A stretch of DNA of 64,000 bases. Origin: Tetramitus jugosus. Taxonomy: Eukaryota; Protista; Heterolobosea. The stretch's first letter is position 1; each line of letters opens with the position of its first letter. Positions 23,761-37,276 of this stretch are shown one piece after another. The translations under genes and the position numbers were made by a program. A model generated the notes under the pieces. It had not been told where the DNA came from. It worked only from the letters and a program-made list of their open reading frames with translations, and did not search any database. The stretch lies in the NCBI GenBank assembly GCA_937625935.1, contig OW569391.1, positions 317,949 to 381,948 of the forward strand, written 5' to 3'.

Positions 23761-24032
23761 GCGATACGCATGATTCGTGTAAAACAACAAGTATTTGTTC
23801 TTTGTAATGTGGTACTCTTTCATTGTTCTTTGTGTCTTGTGTATTCAGCTCCTCCACTCATTAACTGTCACCCGCATCGTTTCTGAGATCACAAAATTGG
23901 TCATCAAAATGCTTTCAAACAGGGTCGGCATGTCCTGCACATTTCACACACGCGGCATCTGTCGCAACCAAAAAACTCCAAAAAACAACACCAAACAAAA
24001 CAAAAAGCAAACACCAAACAAACAAGGAGAAA

Positions 24033-24998
24033 ATGTCGCTCATTCTGCATCTACTCACCTCAACTTCGCCAGTTGTCCTAGGACTAGTCTTTGGTGCCAT
24101 TGGTGTCATCATTTATCTATACATGGCCAACAAATCGGACGATGATGATGAAGACAATGACAGCTCATCTGACAACAAATTTGCCAATGTGACAAAAACA
24201 CGTCTCATTACAAGAGAAGAAGTGTCTGAGCATTACACAACTGATGACTTGTGGGTCGTGATTGACAACAAGGTATATGACCTCAGTAAATTCGTTCCTA
24301 ATCATCCAGGAGGTGAAAAATCCATTGCCAAGCACGCTGGAGGTGACGCCACCAAGGGATTCTACGGAATTCAACATCCTGAGCGCACCTTTTTCGAAAT
24401 TGAAGATTATTTGATTGGCGCCGTTCCAGAAAATCAACGAATGAAATATTTGAGCACGGAAGAAATTAAGAAACATAACAAGAGTGATGATTTGTGGTTG
24501 ATTGTAGATGAGAGAGTGTTTGATGTGACACGGTTCGTCAATCAACACCCAGGAGGTCTCGATGCTCTATTGAACAATAGCAATGGAAGAAATGCGACTG
24601 CTGCCTTTTTTGGTAAGCAACACAAGCCTCATGTCTACCCCATGATCAACGAATATTTTGTTGGTTACGTGTTCAATGAGGGTGTCGACGAAGATTTTGT
24701 CAATTCAAACAAGAAAAAAATTGCTTGTGAAGCAAAGGTCAAGCTCTGGAGAGAACAGTACACGTTGAGTCAAGTTGCTGAACACAAGACTGAGACTGAT
24801 GCATGGATTGTGATTGATGGAAGTGTGTATGATGTGACTTCCTATGTGGGTGAGCATCCTGGTGGTGATATCATTTTGGATCACGTAGGAACAGATGCGA
24901 GTGTAGCTTTCAAGGATCATCCACCCTATGTCAGAGATTTGCTCAAGGGATACTTTATTGGTCTATTGGCAACAGAAGAAAAGAAACAACAAGAGTAA
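24033..24998 (+). CDS. Membrane-anchored protein with three tandem cytochrome b5 domains
   Basis: N-terminal TM; three W..ID..VYD(V/L)...HPGG...H units. Confidence 0.9.
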   Translation: MSLILHLLTSTSPVVLGLVFGAIGVIIYLYMANKSDDDDEDNDSSSDNKFANVTKTRLITREEVSEHYTTDDLWVVIDNKVYDLSKFVPNHPGGEKSIAKHAGGDATKGFYGIQHPERTFFEIEDYLIGAVPENQRMKYLSTEEIKKHNKSDDLWLIVDERVFDVTRFVNQHPGGLDALLNNSNGRNATAAFFGKQHKPHVYPMINEYFVGYVFNEGVDEDFVNSNKKKIACEAKVKLWREQYTLSQVAEHKTETDAWIVIDGSVYDVTSYVGEHPGGDIILDHVGTDASVAFKDHPPYVRDLLKGYFIGLLATEEKKQQE

Positions 24999-25134
24999 AG
25001 GTAAATAAATAATCAATTTTATAAAATATCATGTGTAAAATGCATCGCCAAGCATCGCGCTTTCTCAATTCAACTAAAAACTGGAGCTGCGATCAAAAAA
25101 CTTTTCTCCAACAAATAAAAAAAAACTTCACAAA

Positions 25135-26742
25135 ATGTCATCATCAACGACAACGACAACAACGACCACAACAAGCACATCGTCATCATCATCACGTGAA
25201 GAAGAAGACAACATATTTTCCTACCTTGTCAACCTACCTCCAGACACTCTCAATCAACTGTACACACACAGTTACACATGCATTGCACTCTTTCGTTATT
25301 TGCCACAACTCGGTAGACAATTCATTCACCAAATTGTTTTATCCAGTGGTGCCGTACCCATGAAACGACTCAGTGTAACCAAACAAAACAATCATCAACA
25401 TGTCAAGGAAGTTCTCACCACACTCAACAAATTTCACTTGATTGGCATAAAGCACGGAACAGCAACGTTGAATCCCATTTTTCAAGACACGTATCTCAAG
25501 AGCTTGGTCAATGACCCGTTCGAACAAAAAAAACAATTGTATGTCATTGCTGGATCACCTGAGCACATTGCACTCAAAAATACTCAACAACAGAGTACGA
25601 CTTTTGATTCGTCTGTTGATCAACAACAACAATTACAACAAAAACAACCATATGTGATCAAGCCTGATAAGCGACCACCAAATTCGGCCGATGTTGAAAA
25701 TTTTGCACGTGGTCAATGGGAGAGTGTTCTTCAATTTATGCATTCACCATCAGTCGATGGTTACAATAATCGGTTCTCTGCAGGTATAAGACAATTGTTG
25801 GAATGGTCACATTTAGTGAGAGGAAGAGAAGATGATTCAAGTAGTGGTGGAGGTGGCAGTGGTGGTGGTGGTGGATTGGATGAATCATCGACCAGGAGTC
25901 GCATCACAACAGAAGGTTTTCAATTCTTGTTGTTGGACACGAAGACTCAAGTGTGGAAACTGTTGAAGCAATATATCGATACGGCTGAGAAGAGACAAAT
26001 GTCGAGAATTGAAATTTTGCAGTTCATGTTTGAGTTGAGTTTTATGCAGTGCGGTAAGGGATATCCTGTGAAACCGTTGACAAAGACACAGAGAGTGATG
26101 CTTGTTGATTTGGCTGACTTGGGATTGATTTATCAGAGAAAACAGAAATCAAAGTGGTTCTATCCTACGCCATTGTCGATTGGATTGACGAGTGCTGGAT
26201 CGTCCGATGTTTCATCAATGGACGGATCAGGAAGTTCTTCAGGTTCCGTTGCAAAAGAAGGTGTTTCGATTGGTGGTCACATTATTGTAGAAACGAATTT
26301 TAGAGTGTATGCCTACACGAATTCACCTCTACAAATCTCACTCTTGTGCTTGTTCATTGTTCCAGAGTACAGACTACCAAACATGGTTGTCGGTTTGATT
26401 ACTCGTGAGAGTGTGAGAGAAGCGTTGATTCATGGTATTACTGCTGAACAAATATTATCCTATTTGACAATTTACGCTCATCCTCATATGAGGCGTAAGA
26501 AGCCTGTGCTGCCCGATGTCGTAGCGCATCAGGTTCGACTCTGGGAAATGGAGAGAAAGAGATTCAAGCTATTCCCTGCTGTGCATTATGACAAGTTCCC
26601 TTCGTTGGAAAAGTTCCGTATAGCAGAGGAGTACTCGAAACGGATTGGTGCTCACTTGTGGAGTTCTGAGACCAGTATGAAGCTCATAACAAAGAGAGAA
26701 ACTCACGAAAAGATGGCTCTATTCATCAAACAAAACATGTAA
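25135..26742 (+). CDS. TFB2: TFIIH subunit p52 (Tfb2/GTF2H4)
   Basis: ITTEGFQFLLLD, IIVETNFRVYAYT, ITRESVREALIHGITAEQI, QVRLWEME. Confidence 0.95.
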   Translation: MSSSTTTTTTTTTSTSSSSSREEEDNIFSYLVNLPPDTLNQLYTHSYTCIALFRYLPQLGRQFIHQIVLSSGAVPMKRLSVTKQNNHQHVKEVLTTLNKFHLIGIKHGTATLNPIFQDTYLKSLVNDPFEQKKQLYVIAGSPEHIALKNTQQQSTTFDSSVDQQQQLQQKQPYVIKPDKRPPNSADVENFARGQWESVLQFMHSPSVDGYNNRFSAGIRQLLEWSHLVRGREDDSSSGGGGSGGGGGLDESSTRSRITTEGFQFLLLDTKTQVWKLLKQYIDTAEKRQMSRIEILQFMFELSFMQCGKGYPVKPLTKTQRVMLVDLADLGLIYQRKQKSKWFYPTPLSIGLTSAGSSDVSSMDGSGSSSGSVAKEGVSIGGHIIVETNFRVYAYTNSPLQISLLCLFIVPEYRLPNMVVGLITRESVREALIHGITAEQILSYLTIYAHPHMRRKKPVLPDVVAHQVRLWEMERKRFKLFPAVHYDKFPSLEKFRIAEEYSKRIGAHLWSSETSMKLITKRETHEKMALFIKQNM

Positions 26743-26886
26743 AGGTAAACTAGTTCAAGGTCCTTGTTGTTTTGAAGACATCTTTCGCACTCTTGTGCTG
26801 CGACAGCATCTCCCGCTCTTTAGTGCGAACTACAGAAAATTGAGCGAATCGCAAAAATATTTGTCCAGAGAGGGTGATAAAGGAAG

Positions 26887-29800
26887 ATGAATTCAAGCGT
26901 AGGTAGTGGAGTAACTTTTGAAAGCTATCAAGCAAAGAGTACTTTCAAATCAAGGACTATATCAGCTTCCTGGCACAATGATTACCCACTGTATGCGGTA
27001 TCCACAACCAACGGTGTTGTTTCATGCTACAACGAAGAGGGCGATCGATTGGATGAGGTGAATTTGTCTCGTTCATGTGCTAGTACCACTGTCACGTGGC
27101 ATCCTATTGAGCGAATATTGTGCACAGGATGGAAGGATGGAGAAATTCATGTGTATAATGATGCAGATCATTCTCATAAGCAAGTTTCACAGGGCAATAG
27201 CGATGTTTCACATTTGGGAAATGCTATAACCGCCATGAAGTGGACTCCTGATGGGAGGCGGATGATGACTGCAGATTCAAGCGGTGTGTTTGGTATATGG
27301 GAGTTGAACAGTAGAGGAAAAATCGTTCCCATTGCCTTCCATATTACTAACAAACGAGTTACTCAATTGACCAACGATCAGATTACATTTAAGAAGACAG
27401 AATTTTCTTTGAATAGTAATCAAAACCCAAACGATGTTGATCGCAGTGCGAGAGAGGTAGACAGTTGGGTGTTTTTCTTCACGGGAGATGATGGAAAGTT
27501 GTACATGGCAGATGATTCTGGTATGTTGGCTCAATGTATTGCTAATAGTCTTATTTTGCGTACTAATATCTCATTGAATGCTCGCTGATGTTGTTGTTAG
27601 ATGATTATAAGCAAACAGCTATCGATTTGAGAGCTCCAGTTGCTTCTCTTCTCTTTCATGAGAGAAGATCAGCTTTGGTTGGTATTACACTAGAATCGGT
27701 GCTTGTGATACTGGACGTTTCTTTGGATCTAAGAATCACACAGCGATCTCGAACAAAAATCAACTTGAGTAGCAAGAGTCCTTCTTCTGATGAGTCTCAT
27801 TCGTCCTCAAAGAAACCAACGATTCAAGTGCTGTGGGTAGGAAAGAATTTAATTGCTACAATATCGAATGAAAGGCATGTTAGGGTATGGAACTTGGAGA
27901 CGGACGAGCACTGTATCCTATCGAATCATAAGATCAACGAACCGTTGTCGTATTTTTCATTCAACTCGACAAAGAGAGTATTGGCCGCTGGAACTCTTTC
28001 TGGTTCCTTCTTCTTCTGGCAATTTGTAGGAAATGCGTCCTCTCATCAAGTCACTGCAGCTGATAGACCAGATGAAAGAGGATCTGAAGAATGGGAGGTG
28101 TATGCTGAATACACGATTGACTCACCTGTATCCAGCATTAGTTGGGGTCCTGGAGAAGAGTTATTAGCCGTCTGTTTTGAGGATTATGTTTGTATATTAC
28201 ATGAATGTATTCTGAAGAAAAAGATGAGAGGAAAGTTGATTGTAGTTCAAAATTCGGTCGACTCTGTAAGTATTGTCGATCATCAGATGGCAAAAGATTC
28301 ATCTGAGATTGAGAACAAACAGAACGAGTTCATACCAAAACATGTGAAATGTAGGATAAAGATTCGACATCTGGACGTCACAGACAACTATCTAGCAATT
28401 TCAAGTGGAAGATCCATTGAGTTGTACGAAATGAGAGAAGGGATTATACGAGTTAAATCTTCGATAGAACAGTCCTCTCAATGTATGGCTTTGCACGAAG
28501 AAGGAGTATTCATTGGAAATGGCTCAAGAATTGAGATATTTAATTTATCGGGAACAAAGAAACAGACGATTCCATTCTCCGAGACTGAAGGACTTCCAAC
28601 CCATATCGATATTCAAAGTGATTATATTGCTGTGGCAACCAAATACAACCGAGTTAAACTGTTTCAGGCGTCAGGTAGAGAGGCTAAACAAGTGAGTGCA
28701 GAAAAACGAATATTCTCTGATGTGATATCAGGTACAGGAATTCCATCACCCGTACGTGTAATTTCATCCGTGAGAGTGAACTGCAATGGCACGAAGATTG
28801 CCATTTTGAGCAGAATTATACAAAACTATGGTATCCAGGAGCCAAACACAGAACTGCATATCTACGATCTAGAACAGGATAAGATTGATATATATGACTT
28901 TGCTAAGAGTATGAAGTATCCCACAGCCGTTTTTTGGGACCAAATAGAGCCTAAATTGTTCGCGGTTGAAGCAAAGAGTTTCGGAGAGTCAGATAGTGCT
29001 ACCGTGCAAGGGGAATACCTACCGACTGGAATTATTTCAACGAGTACTTTGTTTGCTACGCCAGATAATGGTATCTTGTTACAGGATTCGTTTCCGTTAG
29101 ACCGCAATTTTAATGGCTTAGTTGGAATAGCAGTTCCTTCTTTATACTTCTCTGTGAGAGACCAAAAGGAGGTTAAGAGTGCGAATGCTGAGAGGCGTGT
29201 AATTGTATCAAAAAAGACTGATGGGACTCCAAATAGTAACTCTCCTGTCACTCCATCATCTCCAAGCGCATCCGTTAGTTCAGGTGCTTTGATTGAACGA
29301 CGAGCACTTCGAGATTTTGAAGGAATCAATATCCGTGACAACAAGACCCGTGATGCGCTTTTACTTTTCAGCTACTATCTAACCATTGATAACATGGAGG
29401 AAGCTTACAAATCTGTGAAAACGATCAAAGATACTAACGTATGGAGCAACATGGCTCAAATGTGTGTAAAGACGAAGAAGATGGATGTTGCTGAAATTTG
29501 TTTAGGAAATATGCTTGATGCAACAGCTGCTCGTGCTCTCAGGGAGGCCAAAGAATCTGAACCCGAGATCGAAGCACAGATTGCTACACTGGCTATTCAT
29601 CTCGGATTGCTTCCTCAAGCAGAGCAGTTATACATCTCGTGTAAAAGATACGATTTGTTGAATAAGATGTATCAGTCTGTGGGACAATGGGATAAGGCTC
29701 TACAAGTTGTGGCAATACACGATCGAATTCATCTAAAAGCTACTCATTATCAGTATGCACGTTATTTGGAGAGTATGGGAGACTTTAAAGGTGCTATAGA

Positions 29801-31568
29801 GCATTATGAAATATCGAACAACCATGCCTACGAAGTACCACGTATGTTGTTTGACTCAAATCAATTGACTGAATTGGAGAGGTATATCGCAAATAAGGTT
29901 CAACAAGACGATGAAGATATGGAAAATGGAACATATCACAAACCAATACCTATGAACACATTCCTTACCAATAGTAAGGATGATACTACACAACTCGTAA
30001 ATTGGTGGGCCCAGTATTGTGAAGGAAATTCGAATTTTGAAGAAGCTATCCAATACTACACGAGATCGAATGATGTTCTCTCACAGGTTCGTCTTTATTG
30101 CTTCAGCGGAAATCTGAAGAAAGCAGCAGATATCGTGAAACGCTCCGGAGATAAATCTGCGGCATATCACTTGGCTCGCCAATTGGAGATTAGTAGAAGG
30201 TATGATTACGCTATCAAGTTCTATAAACAAGCTGATGCATTCCATCATGCCATCAGACTGGCGAAGGATCAAGATTTACCATTGGAAGTTATGAATCTTG
30301 CCCTTCAATCAACATCAAAGGTTATGATCGATGCTGCACAGTATTTCGAGGAAAGAGGGATGATGGATAAAGCAGTGATGTTGTATCAAAAAGGAGGTCG
30401 AGTTTCGCTCGCCATCGACTTATGCTTCAGAGGTCAGTTGTTTGATGTTCTGTCAGATATTGCTGATGAACTTTCGAACGAATCTAGTGAAGGAGTCATC
30501 AAGATGGACAATCCTGCCGATGCACAAGTGTTGGAGAGATGTGGTGACTTCTTTGTGCAACATGGCAAATATGAGCGAGCAGTCAATATGTTCACAAAAG
30601 CAAGACAATACGTAAAAGCATTAGAGTTATGTGCTACTAGGAATGTTCAACTGACAGAAGAGCTTGCAGAGAGTCTAACTCCACCAAAGCCTGAGGAAAA
30701 GTCGAGTTTGGAATACAAGAAGAGAAGAATAGCAATTCTGAAGAAGATAGCCAAACTAGCTGCACAGCAAGGAAATTTCAAAACATCAACAAAGAAGTAT
30801 GTTCAGGCAGGAGATAAGGTGAAAGCCATGAGAGTGTTAATCAAATCTGGTGACACAGAAAGGATTGCTTTCTTTGCTAATGTGTCTCGCCAGCGGGAAT
30901 TGTACATTCTGGCGGCCAACTACATGCAAAATTTGGACTGGCAGAAGGACTCAGATATTCTCAAACAAATTATATCATTCTATACCAAGGCTAAAGCTTG
31001 GCTTAATCTGAGCAATTTTTATGAAGTGTGTTCTCAGATGGAAATTGATGAATTTAGAAATTATGAGAAGGCCTTGGATGCTCTCAAAGACTCTTTAAAG
31101 TATTTAATGAAAGAACAAAAGCAAGGTCAAGCAAACAACTCCTCTGCTTCCATCATGTCAGAACTGGCAGAAAGGGTATCCCAGTTGCAAACAAGGATAT
31201 TCTTGGTCGAAAAGTTCATTCTTGCTCGCTCACTGTCAAACTCCAATGATACAAAGGGTACCACAAGCGAGATTGTAACTCTATGTGAAGATTTGCTCGG
31301 AGAACCGAATATCCAGAACGCTATTCGTGTAGGGGATATATATGCTTTATTGGTTGAATGGAACTGGACAAGAAAGAAGAATGCCACTGATGCGTACAAG
31401 ACTATTCGAAAGATGCTCAACGAAGAAATCGAGCTACATTACTACTTGGAGCAATTAACTGTGCAAGATATTTGCGCTGCAGCTAGTATGCCAATGGTTG
31501 AATGGGGCTATGATCAAGATGAAGTTCAGCAAGAAGAGGAGATTGAGGAAGAGATTGACGACTATTGA
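26887..31568 (+). CDS. IFT140: Intraflagellar transport protein 140; exons 26887-27520 and 27601-31568
   Basis: WD40 N-terminus, TPR C-terminus (WSNMAQMCVKTKKMDVAEICLGNM, EIDEFRNYEKAL, VGDIYALL). Intron 27521-27600 joins the two ORFs in frame. Confidence 0.93.
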
Positions 31569-31626
31569 AATAAACCAATATCGATTGAAACAGATGAATT
31601 GAATATTGACATTGACACGAGAACTT

Positions 31627-33291
31627 TTACTTTAGCTCTTGTTTCTGCTTCTTTGGTGCAGGTAACTGCGGTTCCTTGAAGAAGGACATTGTGGAGAAGT
31701 ACCGCTTCTTAGGTTCTGGTTGGGAGAGATTTCTCTTCTGTGCATTGAGAGGATTTTCAAGTTCGATGCCTTGAACTGGAGTGAAAGCCAAGCTGGATGC
31801 TAAACCTGTTCGAAGTTGTGTTGCTGTTCCGGATGACATGGTACTAGATGCACTTAAACCAGGAGTTTTGCTGCCAGCAACGTTTGCACCTCTCAGAGTC
31901 TTCTTTGTCAGTGCATTCATTCTCAGTGTTCCCGATCCTTCAACACCCAACAAACCCATTCCGCTGCTCGATCCATACTGTTGATCGCCTTCTTCCTCTG
32001 CATTTGTTCCGAATGCCAATCGATTCTTCTTCTTTTGAATCTCAGATAATTTAGTCATCTCCTTCATTCTCTTGGTTTTCTTTCCTCCTCTAGTCTTCTT
32101 CTTCTTTGAATCGGGTGCAGGCAGTGGTTTGATTTGCTTGCCTTGTGATGGTTCCTGTAGTTTGAGTATGGCCGATTCAATCTGATGTCTAAAATCCTTA
32201 CCGGTCGACCCATCGGGCGACGACCGACAGAGATCAACTCTCGCAGCAAGTGCACACTTGGAACCAATCATTCGACCAACTTTTTTCCTCAAATGAGGCG
32301 GCGTATCATGCAACAAATCACACTCTGCAATACAGCCAACATACTTTAAATCTGCTTGTCCGTTTGTCGTTGCAGTCATCGTTCCCAAGAACTGATTTCT
32401 CTTTTCCTTGCCCAACAATTGTAAATCAGCAGACGGAATCTTTGACAGTGCTGTTAATCCACCAGCGACACCCACCAACTGTGCAGCAATCTCCGTTCCC
32501 ACAATTGCACTCAAATTCGGTGCCAAAAAGCTCATGCAAGAACTGACAAAACTCAAAATGACTCTTCTCATCTCATCCAACTTTAGTACTTGTTGACATG
32601 CTCTCATGACTCGATCCACCAATTTTTTGACTTGATCGGAATCACTCTGTCGAAATGAACTCGTCGAAGAAGTCACACGAATAATCATGACGACAGAACT
32701 AGGTAAAATATCACTCATATCAATTGTTGATAGATCCGTTTCATGTCCAATACGCAAAACCACACGTGCATAATCCAATGCATTCAAAACATGACTTTCC
32801 AATTCGGGAAATTTACAACTGTAGAGAGAACGAATCGTTTGGAACAAGTCTTGAATTTCATCATTGATTCGAATGATCCATTGATTACTGTGAACAATGT
32901 GTGTGTGAACATTTTGTTCTTTTATTGATTGTTCCATGGATTGGTCAGGTAGATGTGATGATGATGATAATGAAGATGATAGAGAGGATGATATTGGTGA
33001 AGATGATGATGATGGAGGGATGAATTGATGAATTTGGTGCAAGTGATTTTGTAGTTGTTGTTGTGATGGATGGTTTGGATCGAATAGAGTTGAAAAATTG
33101 GTATCATTAATATTAGTACTATCATTATTACTGTTGTTAGTGTTGTTGTTGTTGTTGAATTTGTCTTGAACAATGGTTGAAGAAGGAGATGGTGTGTTGT
33201 GGAGAGTGGGAGAGGTGGTGTTGGTATGGATCAGTTCATCTCCTCCGGTACTACTCTCGAAATCGGCCAAGAATTCATCTGCGAGTGACAT
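31627..33291 (-). CDS. PRP31: U4/U6 snRNP protein PRP31
   Basis: MSLADEFLAD, FPELES, APNLSAIVG, LAARVD, GLASSLAFTPVQGIELENP. Confidence 0.95.
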   Translation of the reverse strand: MSLADEFLADFESSTGGDELIHTNTTSPTLHNTPSPSSTIVQDKFNNNNNTNNSNNDSTNINDTNFSTLFDPNHPSQQQLQNHLHQIHQFIPPSSSSSPISSSLSSSLSSSSHLPDQSMEQSIKEQNVHTHIVHSNQWIIRINDEIQDLFQTIRSLYSCKFPELESHVLNALDYARVVLRIGHETDLSTIDMSDILPSSVVMIIRVTSSTSSFRQSDSDQVKKLVDRVMRACQQVLKLDEMRRVILSFVSSCMSFLAPNLSAIVGTEIAAQLVGVAGGLTALSKIPSADLQLLGKEKRNQFLGTMTATTNGQADLKYVGCIAECDLLHDTPPHLRKKVGRMIGSKCALAARVDLCRSSPDGSTGKDFRHQIESAILKLQEPSQGKQIKPLPAPDSKKKKTRGGKKTKRMKEMTKLSEIQKKKNRLAFGTNAEEEGDQQYGSSSGMGLLGVEGSGTLRMNALTKKTLRGANVAGSKTPGLSASSTMSSGTATQLRTGLASSLAFTPVQGIELENPLNAQKRNLSQPEPKKRYFSTMSFFKEPQLPAPKKQKQELK

Positions 33292-34765
33292 GATTGTTTT
33301 TGTGTTTGTTTGCCTTGTTGTTCAAGTTGTGTTTGATGCACAATTCAATTCATTGGTTGAACTTTTTGTTCCGACTATGGAACTCCGAGGCAACGACCAA
33401 CTACGGCAGCGATGTGACGGTTGAAACAACTGTACAAAAGATCTTGCATTTTTTTTAATGTTCCTTTGTGTGTGGAGTAGAACAACGAGCATGCACTCCA
33501 AGACTTGTTGTAGATCTCTGTAAAGGTGAGGCTATTCGGGATGTGGAAAAATGGTGGACGGAATTTTTTTCCTCCACACGCATTTTTTTTAGATTCTCTT
33601 GCTGACGAAGCGCTTCCTCATCATCAAAAAAACGAACACACTTGCTCCAACCAACAACTCACCAAGGCTTTTTTTTCAGACGTTGAGTCATCAACCGCCA
33701 ATCGCTTGCAAGACCCATCTCACATTGTCATTCATCAACGATTGACTCAAGTGAATGACTTGTCAAGCTACTTGGTAGTTGGTGACATCAAAAACGACGG
33801 TTGGTCAAAAAAGCATTGGTTGAGTTGTTGTTTATTGGGATAAGGTAAGGCTTTGGTTCAAGTCTTCGTTTTTTTTGCATTGTTGATGTAATGTTTTGTG
33901 TAGTTGGCTCCAATGGCTGACGACAAGCATTCATCATCATCACAACGACATCATTTTTTTTTCACACAGGTAAACCATCATCATCGTGACCCAGTTTTTC
34001 ACAAGTAACATTTCACTGGTTGCTAAATATCCAACAAGTATTTAGCTTTTATCCATTCTCAAAGGATCCATTGGGAGATGTTGCTTTTCATTTTTGTGTG
34101 TGTTTGATAGTTCTTCCTACATCAACACGATAAAACTACTCAACTGCACGCACCGATTTGTGTGAGTGCATTTGATTCCACAATCAATCTGTTGCTCGTT
34201 CTAGACAGCTTTGATGATCTCAACTACCAATCATCAACACTTTCTCTCACCTCATTATCATTTTTTTTTCATTGTGTAATGGCTCTAGCTCATTCTGAGA
34301 ATGGTAGTTGTTCATGTCTCTCATCGCGATGGTTGTCAAACAGTGTTTTGAACAACCATCGAATGCATACCTGACCTACCATCCAAGTCACTCTCCAGTA
34401 AAAACTCCAACCGCTGCGACCACTTTGGAATCGAAGGATCCAATGTGGACTGTTCTATTCTTGTCCTTGTTCTATCGTAGTGAACATTCAACGACTCAAA
34501 ATCCGCTGTCACAACACAAAATCCGTGTTTCGTTTTGTAAGGCAAAGTCAACCAGGATGCTTTTTTTGTCCGTCCGTTTCGTTGAAAAAAAACAAACACA
34601 CACCATCATATCCCCATAGCGTACTTTTTATTTGAAGTCCAACCGTTGTACATACTATCCAGCATAGCGTTCTTACCAACTTAAAGGATACTCGTTTCCT
34701 TGTCACATACCTTTCCCCCATTTTAAAATCCTTATTTCCATACGTCCCTCCCCCTGTTAACGACT

Positions 34766-36472
34766 ATGAACAACCTGTTGTCAGAGACAATATCCGGTGC
34801 GAAGAAGCTCGCAGCCGAAGAAAAAAATGATACACTGTTATCCTCTCCAGTCTCTGAAGATTCGGATGATGATTACATGGACTGTCCTGAGGACGACGAA
34901 GAGGGAGCACTTACAGTAATCGCTTCCTCTACAACAAACACAAACAGCTCCAAGAAAAAGAAGAAGAGCACTAAAAAGAAGACTTCTCGGTCCAGTGGTT
35001 CCAGAAGGACTGACCCATCTCATGTCAAGGGAGCCTGGAGTGATGCAGAAGACCAAAAGCTGAGAGACCTTGTTGAGTTGTATGGCCCCAAGAGATGGTC
35101 ACTCATTTCTCAGCAACTCCCAGGTAGAATTGGCAAGCAATGTAGAGAGAGATGGTACAATCATTTGGACCCATCCGTGAAGAAGGATTGGTGGACACCT
35201 GAGGAGGACCGAATCATTATAGAGTACCATGAGAAGAATGGGAATCAATGGGCACAAATTGCAAAGCTTTTGCCTGGCCGACCTGCCAATGCCATTAAAA
35301 ATCACTGGAATTCCACCTTGAGAAGAGTGATTGAGAAGAGCAAGGATGAAGCGATTGAAGGTGGTCATCAAACATACAAGGTTTTGCTTCCTTCTTGTCC
35401 AAAGAGAAGAAAGATGGATCCTGATGTGTCTGTTGAGGTGAGTCTCAACATGGATGGTGACTCACATCAAGAAGACACTCCTAGCTCTTCACTGTCTTCT
35501 TCGTCCAATAAGCATAAGAAGCAAAAGAGCAAGTCATCTCGATCATGTTCCACCAAGTCCGAGATTGCCACTTCCAGCACCTCGAGAAAAAAGTCACCCA
35601 AGGCAAGTACTTCCCAAAAGAACAAGTCCAACAAGCGCAAACGATCCACATATTCTGATGATGAAGAAGAGTATGACAGCGAGGATGAGGAGTATGATGA
35701 AACAGAAGAGGAGGAGGAAGATGATGATGATGATGAAGATGCAGAGTACAAGGCAGATGATCAAAGTGAGGAGGAAGAAGGTGATGACAATGTCGATGAT
35801 GAGGAAGAGCACCAGTTGATGAAGAGAGAAGCAGCCAGCAGCACAGAATCATCTCAACCAAAAAAGAGACAAAAGAGAACAAAGTCAGCAGAGTTGCCAA
35901 CAATCACGAGTCATACCACTGATTCAGCTGAAACTACGGTTGCTCTTCACTCTGTCGATGGAATCATGTCACCTCAGGTGCCATCCACTGCCACTTATCA
36001 CTCCCCTGCCAATGTACCTCACTATCCTTCCCAACATCCACTCAACAACCAAAGTCCAACATCCACTCCCTCTTCTGTACATAGTTATCCATCAAGCTCC
36101 AACAACTCTAGAACCGATTTTCCAACCATCTCCCTTCCAGTTCAGTATCCTGCTGATGGAATTCAGCCATCATCACAACCACTCTTTGTTTCTTCTCTCC
36201 CTCGAATCAGTGAGGAGCAGAAGCAAAAGATGCGGCAGTCATATTTGGAGGACTTGTGGCGCACAACAGATGAGAGTGACAGGTCTCTGATGGCCACTCT
36301 TAAAAAGATTGCCATTCTCCGGGATCAAGAGACTACCAATAACTCGAATGGTTCGTCATCAAGGCGGTCAACTTCCAACGATGATTATGATTTGCCTTTT
36401 GATCAGTCCTTGTTCTCTGGTTTCTTTCACTTTGGCTCCCAGTCATCAAACGTGAACAGTTTTTACTTGTAG
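34766..36472 (+). CDS. R2R3 MYB transcription factor
   Basis: KGAWSDAED...[17 protein letters not shown]...WTPEED...[14 protein letters not shown]. Confidence 0.92.
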   Translation: MNNLLSETISGAKKLAAEEKNDTLLSSPVSEDSDDDYMDCPEDDEEGALTVIASSTTNTNSSKKKKKSTKKKTSRSSGSRRTDPSHVKGAWSDAEDQKLRDLVELYGPKRWSLISQQLPGRIGKQCRERWYNHLDPSVKKDWWTPEEDRIIIEYHEKNGNQWAQIAKLLPGRPANAIKNHWNSTLRRVIEKSKDEAIEGGHQTYKVLLPSCPKRRKMDPDVSVEVSLNMDGDSHQEDTPSSSLSSSSNKHKKQKSKSSRSCSTKSEIATSSTSRKKSPKASTSQKNKSNKRKRSTYSDDEEEYDSEDEEYDETEEEEEDDDDDEDAEYKADDQSEEEEGDDNVDDEEEHQLMKREAASSTESSQPKKRQKRTKSAELPTITSHTTDSAETTVALHSVDGIMSPQVPSTATYHSPANVPHYPSQHPLNNQSPTSTPSSVHSYPSSSNNSRTDFPTISLPVQYPADGIQPSSQPLFVSSLPRISEEQKQKMRQSYLEDLWRTTDESDRSLMATLKKIAILRDQETTNNSNGSSSRRSTSNDDYDLPFDQSLFSGFFHFGSQSSNVNSFYL

Positions 36473-36822
36473 CTTGTTTGGACACGAACAATCGCTGTGT
36501 GTAACATCCATCTAGGTGTTTTAGGTAATCACCATTCCCATAGGGCCTCTGTGAGTCTAAGAAGAAGAACAGTAGCAGTGTAAATTATTATAGGAGATAT
36601 TTTCCATTACAAAACGTGAACTTGCAAACTTACTCTTGTGACTTACATTCCCAGTAGCTAAGCATCCTTGTTGAACAAGTCATTCCTATCAACAATAAAA
36701 AAAGCCAATTGGCAAAACGAAAAGGTGAGTGTGATTGGAGTTGTTTGATGGCATGGTTGCGGTTTTTTCTTCTGTCCAAAAGTGCGCTGTCCCACTTCTC
36801 GAAGGCAGTTGTATTCACAAAA

Positions 36823-36893
36823 TGCATTGACCGGGAATCGAACCCGGGTCCTCAGCTTGGAAGGCTGAGATGCTGCCTCTACACCATCAATGC
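36823..36893 (-). tRNA. tRNA-Gly (TCC)
   Basis: GCATTGA...TCAATGC-A acceptor stem, anticodon loop CT-TCC-AA, GGTTCGATTCC, oligo-T terminator. Confidence 0.95.
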
Positions 36894-36917
36894 TCATTGT
36901 ATTCAATGAATTTTAGG

Positions 36918-37276
36918 CATTTGTCCCCGTTTTTGTCCCCGTTCCGGGGAAGGGCTGCGGGCGTAGTTGATTGAACCAAGAAAGAGTGTATTAGAGAGTT
37001 GCAAGTTGTTCACCACGTCCAAGGAGCCCAGACAAAGAATGGACACAAACAAGAACCGTCTTCCAAAACTCGCCTCGTTAACCCGGTGCTGCACAAAGGG
37101 AAGAACCCGGTTGGGTTAACAAAATTAGCGGGCCATACCACTATCTGAAGGCGAGGAAAGCTGAAGGCGAACAAGGGCTAGTCGTCAAGAATCAATCAAG
37201 TGCGGCAAGCAACAGAGAACGAACATCCCCAAAAAGCCGCACAACTCCCAGAGAAAAGAAATAAAAACTGACGAGA
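36918..37276. other. GC-rich, nested-helix element upstream of tRNA-Gly (candidate ncRNA or insertion)
   Basis: Four nested complementary pairs plus a further hairpin; flanked by the direct repeat GAATTTTAGG at 36908-36917 and 37277-37286. Confidence 0.4.

Noticed and set aside
22408-23823. 471-aa antisense ORF
   Set aside because: Shadow of the codon-biased ALDH6A1 gene; no motifs.
33300-34760. Long intergenic region with short ORFs
   Set aside because: No motifs or structure recognised; probably the divergent promoter/UTR region of PRP31 and MYB.
36918-37276. Telomerase RNA, SRP RNA or RNase P/MRP identity for the structured element
   Set aside because: No CCCAAACCC-type template (only AACCCAACC), no SRP helix-8 motif and no complete P4 consensus found by eye.
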